From: Octopus bimaculoides
Taxonomy: Eukaryota
Direction: 5' to 3'
DNA length: 64,000 bases
NCBI RefSeq assembly: GCF_001194135.2
Contig: NC_068990.1
Coordinates: forward strand, 6,272,701-6,336,700
Part shown: positions 12,661 to 24,389 of the stretch, piece after piece
Position numbering within the stretch: position 1 is the first letter of the stretch
Layout: each line of letters begins with the position of its first letter
The notes under the pieces: generated by a model
Seen by the model: only the letters and a program-made list of their open reading frames with translations
Told to the model about the DNA's origin: nothing
Database searches by the model: none
Program-made: the position numbers and the translations under genes

Positions 12661-13361
12661 CATGGCTCACTTCCTGCATTCACAACACTTCATCAATGAA
12701 GAAGAAGTGGAAGTTTCAGTGAAGAAGTTCTTCCCCTCAAAGATCAAGAACTGGTATTAGTGTGGAATCAACGAACTGGCAGAAAGGTGGCTTCAAACAG
12801 TGCAACACGATGGACTCTACTTTGAATGCTAAGCTGTTTTTGTTGTAACTTGATGAATCAAGCAAATAAATTACCAAAATATAGCAAAAGTTTTGGTCGA
12901 CATAATATAATAGTTAATAATTCTCGAATATCTAAGAGTGTAAGGCTAAAGCCATAGTGGTTGGTAATAGAAGAAGAAGGCAAAGGAATGGTTGTATAAA
13001 GGGAATAAGGTTTTAGAAAATTTGCTCATAGGTTGTATAAGGTATTTAATTGCTTAAATGTGGCTACAGTATTGGAGTGCCAGATTGTAAGAGAGATCGA
13101 ATTTTAGATTACATCAAATAGCTCACAAATTCAAATCTGTTGCACTTATTTTATTGTTTCCTGGCAGAACACAAACTCAGTTCCCTTATCAACAATGAGA
13201 GCCAGCTTGTGCTAAAATGTTATCTGTGATAAATTAGAAGCTTAAAAGGGATATTTATCTCTCATCTACTTAACACTATCGAACTAGAGATAAGTGCTGA
13301 TACTTTAAAATCTTTCAGGAATGAATAAGTATTTACATATAGGCTATATCTTCAAAGTGAA

Positions 13362-13715
13362 GGTGCACTGCTCAGTGGTTAGAGCATTGGACTCACAATC
13401 ATGAGGTAGTGAGTTCGATTCCTGGACCAGGCTGTGTGTTGTGTTCTTGAGCAAGACCCTTTATTTCACATTGCTCCAGTTCACTCAGTTATAGAAACGA
13501 GTTGTTACATCACTGGTGCCAAGCTGTACCATCAGCCTTTGCCTTTTCTTTGGATAACATCAGTGGCATGGAGAGAGGAGGCTGATTTGCAAGGGCAACA
13601 GCGGGTCTTCTACAAACAACCTTGCCTGGGCTTGTGCCTTGGAGGGGAACTTTCTAGGTGCAATCCCATGATTCTTCAAGACCGAAGGGGGTCTTTACTT
13701 TTACCTTTATATCTT
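13362..13715 (+). mobile_element. tRNA-derived SINE (third family)
   Basis: A-box-like tgctcagtgg and B-box gagttcgattcc, followed by cttgagcaagac...tttatttcac. Related fragment at about 49300-49445. Confidence 0.7.
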
Positions 13716-14925
13716 AAAAGAAACATATTTCCAAGGCAGAAATAACCCGTGCGCGTGCGTGTGTGTGTTCCTTATGGATTCGAAAACTGAGTTGCTGATT
13801 TTGACATCTGAGAGATCAAAAGATTCAGTAATCTTTTAGCTACCAAATAAAGTATGTTTCTTGCATAACTCTTTTTTTTACTATGAAAATAACCTTGAAA
13901 ACAAGGTCGCACAATTTTGAGATCCTTAGCTAAAGGAGGCAACTCTGCCTGAACAATCTCTATGTCTTAGATAGGGCATAATGAGAAAATGTTTAAAATA
14001 CATGGAATTTTACCAGGGAATGAAACTTTGAAAATATACCATCAACTTTATTAGTATTATTTAGTAGATAATCTTTTAATGTGAAGTATGTTTGTCTGTG
14101 TTTTGTTTAGCCCAGAGTTGCCTCTGATGTAGCAGACCCATCTCATAGTTTTTTCTTTTTTTTTCCCCCTGAAATACTGTAAATCTGTCTTTCTTTTGAT
14201 GAAAGGGTGTGTTTTAAGAGAGATTTGACTGCTATTTGTAGTAGCTCAAGTTACCACAGAGACACCACTGTGTGTGTGCATGTGTTTTGTTGGGGTGAAA
14301 AAAATATTTTCTCAGACTATTTTGCACAATAATCTTTTAAGAAATCTGGACATCTTTTTTACTGCAAACCATTCAACTTCAAATTACAATTGCTAATTGT
14401 TGGCAGTCAAGTGACTGAGATGTACATACAGTGTTATCATACAGAGTGGAAATTCAATACAAAGTTTTGAACTCGTTACCTTGTGGTTAGTAATCCATTA
14501 CCTTAAATCTGAAGAGATTAAATCTTTAAACATTATTTTACGAGGTTTAGTCATTCAACTGTTGCTACGATGGGGTATCACCTTCAAAAATTTAATTGAT
14601 CTTACAGACCTCAGTACGTTTTTCAATCTGGCATTTATTTTATAGATCTCTGATTGATGAACTGCTAACTTTGAGATATAATGGGACACAATACTCGATT
14701 TAACAACAAATGTAAACACACACACACACACACACACACACATTAGGTACAAGAATGACTGTGTGGTTTGCTTCCCAACCACATGGTTCCATGTTCAGTC
14801 CTTCTGCATGGTACTATAGGGCTTTCCTATAAGTAGGTTATCTCCCTTGGCTAGGCGGCACTCCATGTAGATAATTAAACTTCCGGAGGCTAACCCATGC
14901 CATTGTTATTGTTTTACGCCTTATC

Positions 14926-15457
14926 ATGAATATAAAGCAGCTTGATGATTCAGCTATCGAAGTACTTACTGTGCCTGAGTTAAAGGAATATTTAAGATTA
15001 TATGGACAGTATGTTACTGGAAGAAAGGCGGACTTGACTGAAAGGTTGAAAGGAATAAAAATTTTGTCGATGAAGAATGTCAACAAAGTAAATTCATCGG
15101 ACGATAAGCCTGAAGTATCGGACGATACTTCAGACAGGAATAAGCAGAAGCTTATATCTCCTCTCGGTGAAGTATTGCCTGATCTAAAGATCTNNNNNNN
15201 NNNAGATAATGACATAATTACCTCGTGCTACGGATGAAAGCAAAGCAACAGTTAAGGAGTGGCATATTTTACCACGACAGACACGTACACAGCATCGAAT
15301 ACCACGATGTGAGTGAAAGCTGCTCTCACTGTATTGTCCGGTGTCTGGTAATCCTTTCGATACCAACATCAAACCAAAAAAAGAATCCTGACCACAGAGT
15401 GTGGGTAATTATGTCAAAGGTCACTGGCAATGTGCATTCAGCTGATTGCAACTGTTA
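14926..15457 (+). mobile_element. Truncated SAP-domain plus SWIM-finger ORF, probably transposon-borne (Kolobok-type accessory gene-like)
   Basis: LTVPELKEYLRLYGQYVTGRKADLTERL fits the SAP pattern. HRVWVIMSKVTGNVHSADCNC fits the start of a SWIM finger (CxC), then stops. Intronless, CpG-retaining, 10-N gap inside. Confidence 0.6.
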
Positions 15458-16469
15458 AAGCAAGTCACTGAGCATGCGTACATGTCATACGGGAGAGTTC
15501 CAATCAGGGGTGGATAACACCTTATTGGAAAACCATATAGCCTTAGGCCAACCACAGACTTGTGACTGATTTTGGTAGATGGAAACTGCAGTATTATTCA
15601 TCAAAAAATGACCAAAAAAAAACATGTCTATAAAGAACATGTTTGCTTCAAACTCCTCATGTACCAATTCTGCCCCTAAGAAAGGAACAAATAATACAAT
15701 GTGGTTGTAGGTCGTAACACCTAGGCAATGCTGGGGTGCATTGCTAGTAATAAATAAAATTTACTAGTTATAGTAAAAAATCTTCCAATTAATATAAAAT
15801 AATACATTTTAAAATTAATAGGATATCTTAATGCAAGTTCCTAGACCAAACAGTACCGTCTACTTAGAATATCAGGCTGCATCATTAAATCTAATGTCAA
15901 CAGACTTTAATCATACAATCTTTTTCTCTTTAGAACTCTCTTATGTAAAATTGTCTAAAGGAAACTAGAACATGAGCACTGCTGGTTTATCTACAGAAAC
16001 TATAAAGAATTCTCTAATAACTAAAGTACAGCCAAATAACTAAAGTACAGTGAGTGGTACTCACCAAGTTTGTTATATTTACTTATTAGGGTTACAAATC
16101 ATCTTTAAGATTTTTCTGATAATTGCACTGTGCCCAACCACATTTTCTTTGATTTTAAGGTACATTGTGTGTGTGTGTGTGTGTATAATATATATATGCA
16201 CAAAAAGATTCAGTTAAATTAGGTACTTAAGTTGAGGCACCTTGTTACGTCAGAATAATATACACACACAATATCATATAAATATTAACTTTGGTACAGC
16301 AGTACCAGCAGGATGATATTCTTGTAAGGCATGCAGACAATTTGACGCAGCTGAGTATATAATCCACTTTTGTGCTATTCAGACATGTACATTTTATCAG
16401 ATAACAAACCATATACTTCAGAATTTGCAAAGGGCATATTCTGAGATAGGTGAATAAAATATAAATGAG

Positions 16470-16857
16470 TAACAATTGAGGGACAGTTGTCAATTCATTA
16501 AGGCCGTTTCTAACAACTCCTTTAATTGATTAATGAGCACATTATATCATTATAAAGAAACCGTTTTCCTCAGATGAATACATGAACTTTACAATCAAGG
16601 ACATTCCAAATGATTTAACATATTTTAAAACCCATGGAGGAAAACATTTTCACTGATTCTGCTACTGAAATAGTAGCAGAATCAGTGGTCTGTAGATTTT
16701 AAAATATGTTAATTCATTTGGAATGTCCTTGATTGTAAAGTTCATGTATTCATCTGAGGAAAACGGTTTCTTTATAATGATATAATGTGCTCATTAATCA
16801 ATTAAAGGAGTTGTTAGAAACGGCCTTAATGAATTGAGAACTGTCCTTCAATTGTTA
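16470..16857. mobile_element. Foldback/palindromic MITE (about 388 bp)
   Basis: About 160-bp nearly perfect inverted arms plus an inner 16-bp stem (16651-16666/16672-16687). A diverged half copy lies at about 35325-35520. Confidence 0.85.
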
Positions 16858-16888
16858 TTTATACACACACACACATGCACATATATAG

Positions 16889-17300
16889 ATTGGGTCATCC
16901 CATAAATAATGCGGATTTTTTTTTTTTACTTTTATTTTTCAAAATTAAGTGATAAAAAACATTTCTCTAGTACTGTTCTGACCTTGTCTATAGAATTTAT
17001 ATTTTTTTCCGTTCAAATGATTTTGAAAACTGTGGAATAAATGACAATCAGATGGGGCAATGTCAAGCAAATGTGGTGGGTGAGGCATCGTTTCCCATAC
17101 AAACTGCTCCAGCTTTTGGAATGTCATTCTCCCTGTATGTGACCGAGCATTCTCCTGATGGAAGAACACCTTTCATCTTGAAACCAAAAATGGTCATTTT
17201 CCTTCTAGCACTGACTTGAATGTCTGGCTGAATGACCTAATCAAAGCTTCTCTGCTAGTTCCTCAACAGTTACGATCGGATTTTGTTCCACCAGGGTTTG
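16889..17300 (-). mobile_element. Internally deleted mariner element
   Basis: FFHQENARSH...HPPHLLDIAPSDCHLF (DNARPH, PYSPDLAPSDYHLF motifs) fused to an HTH segment LVEQNPIVTVEELAEKL. TIR-like ttgggtcatcccataaataatgcg at 16890. Confidence 0.85.
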
Positions 17301-17317
17301 CATCAAAATTTCCCCAA

Positions 17318-17363
17318 GACATCTGAAGAAGGCTGGAGGGTATATCAGCCGAAAAGTTGTGTT
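17318..17363 (+). ncRNA. Hammerhead ribozyme motif, family 1 (PLE pLTR-type), decayed
   Basis: GACAT-CTGAAGA-A-GGCTG...CAGCC-GAAA-A-GTT-GTGTT. Helices I and II and the core are present, and C15.2>A breaks helix III. Confidence 0.65.
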
Positions 17364-17485
17364 AACAAGAAACAAGATGAGGACAAATATCCATCAAATG
17401 TAAATAATGTAAATAATGTACATAATTCCTCATCTCTGATTTAATCATCAGTGCAAGAATAGTCAAGCATAGTCTTGACTATTCT

Positions 17486-17544
17486 TGCACTGATGATTAA
17501 AAAAGTGCATTTTGTGCACTAATTATGAAATCATATGATATGCA
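17486..17544 (+). ncRNA. Hammerhead ribozyme motif, family 2, intact core
   Basis: TGCA-CTGATGA-[TTAA..AGTGCA ttttg TGCACT..TTAT]-GAAA-TCATATGA-TA-TGCA. Palindromic helix III (ATCATATGAT), AUA triplet, predicted cut after 17540. Confidence 0.65.
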
Positions 17545-17794
17545 GCTGAGTCTGATTTTAAAAGGCTCGCTTCCAGAGTTGCATTCCCTCGCGTTCGGTA
17601 CAATGTGTTTATTATGGCAGCTTTGACTTTAAGAGTCCCTCCTAGCATGAGGCATTTATGTATAGTAATGCCCTTAATATAAATAAATATATATATAGGG
17701 AATAATTAATAAATTTTTCCCTTATGAGGTTTTCCACACTAACTACTTGATAAATTCTTATAAAGATTTTATCCTATATTTAAATTATATATAC

Positions 17795-17833
<39 letters not shown>

Positions 17834-17836
<3 letters not shown>

Positions 17837-18012
17837 TGGGTCATCCTATAAATAATGTGGTCTTTTTATACTTCTTTTATTTTTCAAAATTAAGATAAAC
17901 AGAGTTATTTTTAATCTAAAATATACTCTCCTTCATTTTCTACAATGCTCTTCCATCTATCTGGTAGACTTGCAAGACTCCTCTTCCAAAATTCGCTTGT
18001 CCGTGAAAGGTT
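17834..18012 (-). mobile_element. Mariner 3' end
   Basis: SEFWKRSLASLPDRWKSIVENEGEYILD* (typical mariner C-terminus) plus the same TIR as at 16890, TA-flanked. Confidence 0.8.
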
Positions 18013-18083
18013 CATTAAGAATGTGCCAGAATAATATACACAAGTGAACAAAAATGAAAAAAACAAGATATGAATGAACTTAC

Positions 18084-18230
18084 AGAAGACAAAGCCAGGA
18101 TTTGTTTCTTCATAGTTTCTTCTTCATTGTAACCAACCCATGGTGGGAGAGCTGCTTCAGCATGCTTCCCTTTTTCTTTGTTTTCATTGACAAACTTTTC
18201 CTGCTCCCGAGTGAATTCACCAAGTATAGT
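18084..18230 (-). CDS. SYAP1: SYAP1 coding exon 3
   Basis: tctatttcag| acceptor and TCT|gtaagt donor. 147 nt, TILGEFTREQEKFVNENKEKGKHAEAALPPWVGYNEEETMKKQILALSS, matching SYAP1 TIIGDFQKEQ...AAVPPW...QILALS. Confidence 0.95.
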
Positions 18231-18303
18231 CTGAAATAGAAATAGATAGAGATATATGTATTTTGATGTATACTGGTGTGTGTGTGTTTTTGTGTATGTA
18301 TGT

Positions 18304-18531
18304 ATACAATAATACCACACCATATCGTGGTTCACCTATCGCGGTTTATTATTTAAGCTTATGTCGGTTCTTTCGTGGTGTTGTTTTGCATTTATAATAA
18401 AATAAACATATACAAATTATAAAAATACTGAAAAAAAATATACAGTACACTACTGTTTCTACTTCGTGGATTTTCACCTATTGCGGGAGGCTTTGGGACA
18501 TAACACCCATGATAGTTGAGGGATTACTGTA
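18304..18531. mobile_element. Pogo/Tigger-type MITE
   Basis: Right end gagggattactgta (reverse complement of TACAGTAATCCCTC) and degenerate left end tacaataataccac. About 75 bp from the exon 3 acceptor. Confidence 0.55.
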
Positions 18532-18816
18532 CAGATGAATATATATATATACACACACACATGTATATGTATAATTAGCCATAAATATACATGTACATTT
18601 ATATACACGAGTACATACATGTATATACTTATATATCTACTTGCACTTCATTTTTGATGCTCTGAGGAAGCTATAAGATGATGCACAAGCACTCAGCTCT
18701 GAGTGACTTGCACCTTATAACAGAAACAGCAAGAAGTTAATGAAATCCATTACATAATTTCCTGTTCCTTTGTCATTTATTTAATTTTATATATATATGT
18801 ATACGTGTGTGTGTGT

Positions 18817-18901
<85 letters not shown>

Positions 18902-18989
18902 ACCATCAAATGAGCTCTATATGAGAATGTGGCTCTCTGCAATCTCACACACAGTTATATGACAATCAGATACAACTATGGCTTTGATT

Positions 18990-19384
18990 TGGTCATCATC
19001 AACTTCAGTAGGTCAACCAGAATGTTGGTCATCTTTGAGTGAAAAATGGAATTTTTAAAACCATTTCTGATATGTGCATTCTGTTAAGCAATCAACGCCA
19101 TAAACTTCACATATCTTTTTGTGAGCTTCAGCAGCTTTCTTGCCTTTACAGAAATAAAACAGCAAAATATGGCGAAAAAAACTCACTTTTGCACTCCATT
19201 TTAAAATTGACACTGAACTAACAACTGTAAACAAAATTACATGCAACTTGCTTCTAAAGTAAGCTAAAGGTAACAGCTATCAAATGTCAAAGGGAAAAAA
19301 TCATAACACTGACATAAGTCATTCAGAAAAGTCATAACTCTATCTATTTGCAAAAAACAAAATTACTTTCTTGCCAACCCAATA
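18990..19384 (-). mobile_element. Mariner 5' fragment (same family as 35986-37280)
   Basis: FRHILLFYFCKGKKAAEAHKKICEVYGVDCLTE HTH, with TIR ttactttcttgccaacccaata. Confidence 0.85.
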
Positions 19385-19692
19385 TAGTATTAGACTGTCA
19401 ACTGTCAATCTAGCAAAAATCCTTAAAACTATTAATCTCGTGGACAGTTTTACAACCACAGTAGGTCTTTCCTTATCTCACATTTTCCGCTTTGTCTGTT
19501 TCTTTCTCTCTTCCTCTTTCTCTCTCTCTCTCTCTCTCCTCCCCCTTCTCTCAAGATTTTAGTTTCTCTTTCTGTTTATCTCCAATGGCTTTTTGCTGTT
19601 TGGGTTCTTGCAGTCAGTCAGATGTACAGCATGTATTATTAACATATGTACTCAGTTCACCTTTTATATATGCATTGTGAATAGGTAGTTAT

Positions 19693-19968
19693 GGTGCTAT
19701 GTCTTTTCATCCGACGTCACTTCGTCAAACGTCTTTTCATCCATGTCTTTTCATCTGACGTCTTTTTGTCTGATGATTTTTTTTTGTCCAACAACAAATT
19801 CTATCAATAAAATTCTCAATGAATATTTGGTTTTGATGTTCACCTTGTTTCCTAAAGAGTTTATTTAAAATTGGATAGAAAGTTGTTGGACAAAAAAAAA
19901 TCATCAAACAGAAAGACATTGGACCAAAAGACATGGACGAAGTGACGTTGGACAAAAAGTCAGTTTAC
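19693..19968. mobile_element. MITE with subterminal repeats and 10-bp flanking duplication (Mutator-like)
   Basis: aggtagttat direct repeats at 19683-19692 and 19969-19978. Imperfect inverted arms with gtcttttcatcc repeats. Confidence 0.55.
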
Positions 19969-20584
19969 AGGTAGTTATACCTATTCATACACAAAGTTAT
20001 TTTAAATCTACATAGTCTAGGAGTGGCTTTTTATTCTTCAAACTTTATATTCCATTTCTTATTATTTTTATACTTTCAACTGGTGATTTTTCCCATATAT
20101 GTAAATGCTTTCCCAAATAAACTTGCTCTACCTTTTAGAAGCTTCAAGGAAGCTAGAAGGTGATGCACATGCATTCATCTCCAAGTGCACTGCATCCTAT
20201 AGCAGACACACCATTGAGGTAATGACCCGTTTCCTTATCAGTTATTTAATATCATATTATGTACGATCTATATTTGACTAATGCTTTATTTTGAGGCTTA
20301 TGTTTAGTGAGTTCTAACACCAGGGTATTAGTGTTGCTGTACCTCAGTGAAATATTCAAATACACATATAAATATATAACTGTGGAGCACTGCTTTGAAT
20401 ATCTTAGAGTCGAATGAATCGACCCCAGTATTCTCTTTTTTTTTTCTAAGCCTGCTACTTATTCTTTCAATCTCTTTTGCCAAATTGCTAAGTTACAAAA
20501 ACACACTAACACCAGTTGTCAAGCAGTGTTGGGGAACAAACACAAAGTCATACACACATACATACATATATATATATATTTACA

Positions 20585-20640
<56 letters not shown>

Positions 20641-21481
20641 NNNNNNNNNNNNNNNNNNNNNNNNNNNNNNNNNNNNNNNNNNNNNNNNNNNNNNNNNNNN
20701 NNNNNNNNNNNNNNNNNNNNNNNNNNNNNNNNNNNNNNNNNNNNNNNNNNNNNNNNNNNNNNNNNNNNNNNNNNNNNNNNNNNNNNNNNNNNNNNNNNNN
20801 NNNNNNNNNNNNNNNNNNNNNNNNNNNNNNNNNNNNNNNNNNNNNNNNNNNNNNNNNNNNNNNNNNNNNNNNNNNNNNNNNNNNNNNNNNNNNNNNNNNN
20901 NNNNNNNNNNNNNNNNNNNNNNNNNNNNNNNNNNNNNNNNNNNNNNNNNNNNNNNNNNNNNNNNNNNNNNNNNNNNNNNNNNNNNTATATATATATATAT
21001 ATACACATAGGCAGTGCCCCAGCATGGCTGCAATCTAATGACTGAAACAAGATATATATATATATATATATATATATACATTGACATGAGTTTGGAGGGG
21101 ATATATTATCCAGGCAGATACTATGGTGGCACTCAGTTATGTTCCAGGTTACAGCTAATCGCATTGATTAGTATTTAACGTTTGTGACTACTATTAGTTG
21201 TCACTCACACTGTAAATTCCTCTGATGGTAATTCCATGTTTGCTTCTCAGGATGGTAATATTATCCAGAGTGTATATTTGCAATAATTATAATGATATTA
21301 AATATGGAGACTTGCTCCTCCTGAAAATTTATTTCCTCTTATTTTACAATTTCATACAGCATATGTATTCAGTTCAGTTTGAAAACTAGCCCAATGGACA
21401 GACCCTAAAGAAGTTGTGCAGGAAATCATGCCTGCTTGCATGTGTAACAGCCTGTACTTTGTGCAGTGGAAACACGTGTAG

Positions 21482-21712
21482 GGCGGCAAGCTGCCAGAAT
21501 CGTTAGCACACCGGGCGAAATGCTTAGCAGTATTTCGTCTGCCGCTATGTTCTGAGTTCAAATTCCGCCGAAGTCGACTTTGCCTTTCATCCTTTCGGGG
21601 TCGATTAAATAAGTACCAGTTAGGCACTGGGGTCGATCTAATCGACTTAATCCCTTTGTCTGTCCTTGTTTGTCCCCTCTGTGTGAAGCCCCTTGTGGGC
21701 AGTAAAGAAATA
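21482..21712 (+). mobile_element. Young tRNA-derived SINE with 15-bp target-site duplication
   Basis: Perfect direct repeat ggaaacacgtgtagg at 21468-21482 and 21713-21727. Highly similar to 27277-27513. Confidence 0.9.
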
Positions 21713-21949
21713 GGAAACACGTGTAGGCCGTAACAACCATAAAAATATGTTGTATGAAATTGTAAAATAAGAGGAAGTAAATTTTGAGGATGAATAAGTT
21801 TCCATATTCTATATCATTATAATCATTGCTAATACACGCACACACACACACATATATACCATCAGCAACTATGAGCTAGAACTCTATGAATTCATCTCCC
21901 TTGGCTCTACCATCACTGATAACCTCTCCTTGGACCCTAATACCAGTAA

Positions 21950-22100
21950 GTGAGTTGAACGAACATCCTCCACATTTGCCAGGCTGATGAAGAGAGTCTG
22001 GGAGGACAGAAAACTGATCACAAACACCAAGACTGCTGTCTTCAAGGTGTGTGTCCTCAACACACTACTTTACAACAGCAAGATAAGGAGCCTCTACATC
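21950..22100 (+). mobile_element. RTE LINE fragment (post-RT region)
   Basis: ARLMKRVWEDRKLITNTKTAVFKVCVLNTLLY, typical of the RTE thumb region. Confidence 0.6.
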
Positions 22101-22299
22101 TTCAACCTTCACTGAAATCCAGTCACCAACACTGAGCCAAGACACCCACCATATTCCCCCTACTCCAACAGTGCTGTCTGCATTGCTTTGGTTATGAGTA
22201 TCGCATCCTGGAGAGGATAATCTTTTGGGGAAAATTTCCCTATACTGGAAGTCTTTTGGAAAAATTTAATTGTCACTAAATGTGACAAAGGGTGCCGAA

Positions 22300-22600
22300 G
22301 AACCAAAATTGCTAGAAATAAGAGTTAAAAACTCTTAATGCTTTAAGAAGAGTGTGATGTATAAGAGCTAAGCGAAAGTAGTCTAGTCTAGTGATTCTAA
22401 AGATGGTCAAAAGGTGGTTACCTCCCTTGTCAGTGTGTGTGTGTGTGTGTGTGTGTGTGGATATCCCTGATTGCATAATATCGTTATTTTGTGCTGTTAA
22501 ATGCTTTAATTCTTTCTGTTTTCCTTGCATACTGTTTTTCTCTGTTATCTTGGTGCAGTATGGTGGATTAATTTAAGACTTTAGCTCTTATTTCTAGCAG
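22300..22600. mobile_element. MITE-like repeat with about 20-bp inverted ends
   Basis: tgctagaaataagagttaaa...tttagctcttatttctagca. Related inverted pieces at about 23180-23230 and 23450-23575. Confidence 0.45.
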
Positions 22601-22829
22601 GTAGATGCTTGTTAAGCATCATTACGCTTCGTGCAAATTTATAATTCATAGCTATATAATGCTATTGTGCCTGCGATCCACCTATGTCACTGCTGGTGAT
22701 ATCATCAATTTTAAAATTTATCCACAGATGATATGAACAGTAGTGACATCTGATTTCAAATCTCAGTGTTTGAATGTTTTGCGTATATAGGCTACTTGCT
22801 GGAGCCTAGCAGCGGGAAATTTAGACAGT

Positions 22830-23150
22830 GTCATGTGACAACTTGCTGGGGCTGCCTGCTGGAGCCTAGCAGCAGGTATAAAAAGGGGAATTTGACATGA
22901 CAATCAGTCGGACGCTGACACTCGTTGATGCTGCATCGAAGAGGCCAGGGAATAGAAGAAAGAAGACATGCACCCAACACCAGAGCTGAAGACACCTCCG
23001 AAAGGGGGGGCCCTGCCACGTCAAAACGGTAGAGGAGTAGGGGCCGAAACCGGACATGGTTCCTCCTGATGATGTCTTGAGCTAACTGGATCCTATAAAG
23101 GAGCTGTTGTGGTAGCAGACCACGAAACATGCTTGAAATTCCTCCTATAC
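22830..23150 (+). repeat. GC-rich LTR/pLTR-like repeat
   Basis: TATAAAAAGGGG motif, duplicated gct(a/g)c(t/c)tgctggagcctagcagc, and two CTGANGA...GAAA motifs in tandem. Confidence 0.35.
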
Positions 23151-23689
23151 ACACACACACTTAAACACATACATATATATATATTGCACTCTTCTTTCAG
23201 CATTAGGATCTTTTAACTCTTATTTCTAACAATGTCGGTAACTTTGGCACCCTCAGTCACATTTAGTGACAACTAAATTTTTCCTTTATGGTATTACATT
23301 GCACCTCGCTGTTTATATCAGTTTTTAGTATATGTATTAGCATTTCACTAAATCAGCCATAAATTTTTATGGTAAAATTATGTATACTGGCATGTATATG
23401 TATAATATGGAATTAACCAGACCATTGACCATTTAAGTAGTCACTACTGACAATGCCTACAAAATAGGTAAAACTAGTCTAATCTAGTGGTTCTAGAGAA
23501 AGTCATGGGGTGGTTACCTCCCCTGTTAGTGTATATACATTGCGCTCTTCTTACAGCATTAAGAGCTTTTTAACTATAAAAGTATATTGCTCATGCTGAG
23601 AGAGTGTATGTTTGTCAGTGTGTGAGTATGCATGTGTGCAAGGAATTTCATTAAGTAGACAAAGTGATTTACAACTGGTATGTAAAATT

Positions 23690-23830
23690 TATTTACATTT
23701 GACAGATATTTGTCCTCATCTTGTTTGTTGTTAACACAATGTTTTGGCTGATATACCCTCCAGCCTTCAACAGGTGTCTTGGGGAAATTTCGAATCTGGA
23801 TTCTCATTCCTAAAGTATTTTTCGATGTTG

Positions 23831-23878
<48 letters not shown>

Positions 23879-24175
23879 TCATTGCCTGGAATCGAACTTG
23901 GAATTTTGGGGTTAGTAGACCGCACTTTTAACCACTATGCCATATGCCCATAGGCATATGGCATAGTTAAGAGCATGGGCTACTAACCCCAAGATGCTGA
24001 GTTCAATTCCAGGCAGTGACCTTAATAATAATAATAACATCAAAAAATGCCTTAGGAATGAGAATTCAGGTTCAAAATTTCCCCAAGACACCTGATGAAG
24101 GCTGGAGGGTATATCAGCCGAAACGTGTTAACAACAAACAAGATGAGGACAAATATCTGTCAAATGTAAATAATG
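23690..24175. mobile_element. Head-to-head pair of tRNA-headed, hammerhead-containing retroposons (about 490-bp imperfect palindrome)
   Basis: Symmetry centre 23949-23952. Each arm has an A/B-box tRNA-like head, an (AAT)n run and a family-1 HHR (23733-23778 on -, 24087-24130 on +). Confidence 0.75.
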
Positions 24176-24389
24176 TGCATAATTTCTCATCTCTTAAATA
24201 TAGAACTGTAGTATGTAAAAGATAATTTATTTTAATAGGGCTGAGTTTTAGATCAGGATGCCCACATAAATTGAATTTTTTCCATTTTGACAGGGATTTT
24301 TCCAGTTTTTTTTTTTTTTCACCATGGCATTAGAAATGATGGAGGGCATCTTTTTATGAAATAAGTCTCTGAAAATTTCTCATTTTTTT

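Noticed and set aside
13362-13440. tRNA-like sequences here and at about 23953, 21482 and 30342
   Set aside because: No complete cloverleaf or acceptor stem, and they continue into repeat bodies. These are SINE heads, not tRNA genes.
20395-21164. Long ORFs made of X and YI/IY runs (also about 28.7-29.3, 34.7-35.8, 37.2-38.8, 40.2-40.7, 58.3-59.0, 60.7-61.3 and 62.2-63.1 kb)
   Set aside because: Artefacts of N-gaps and TA/CA microsatellites.
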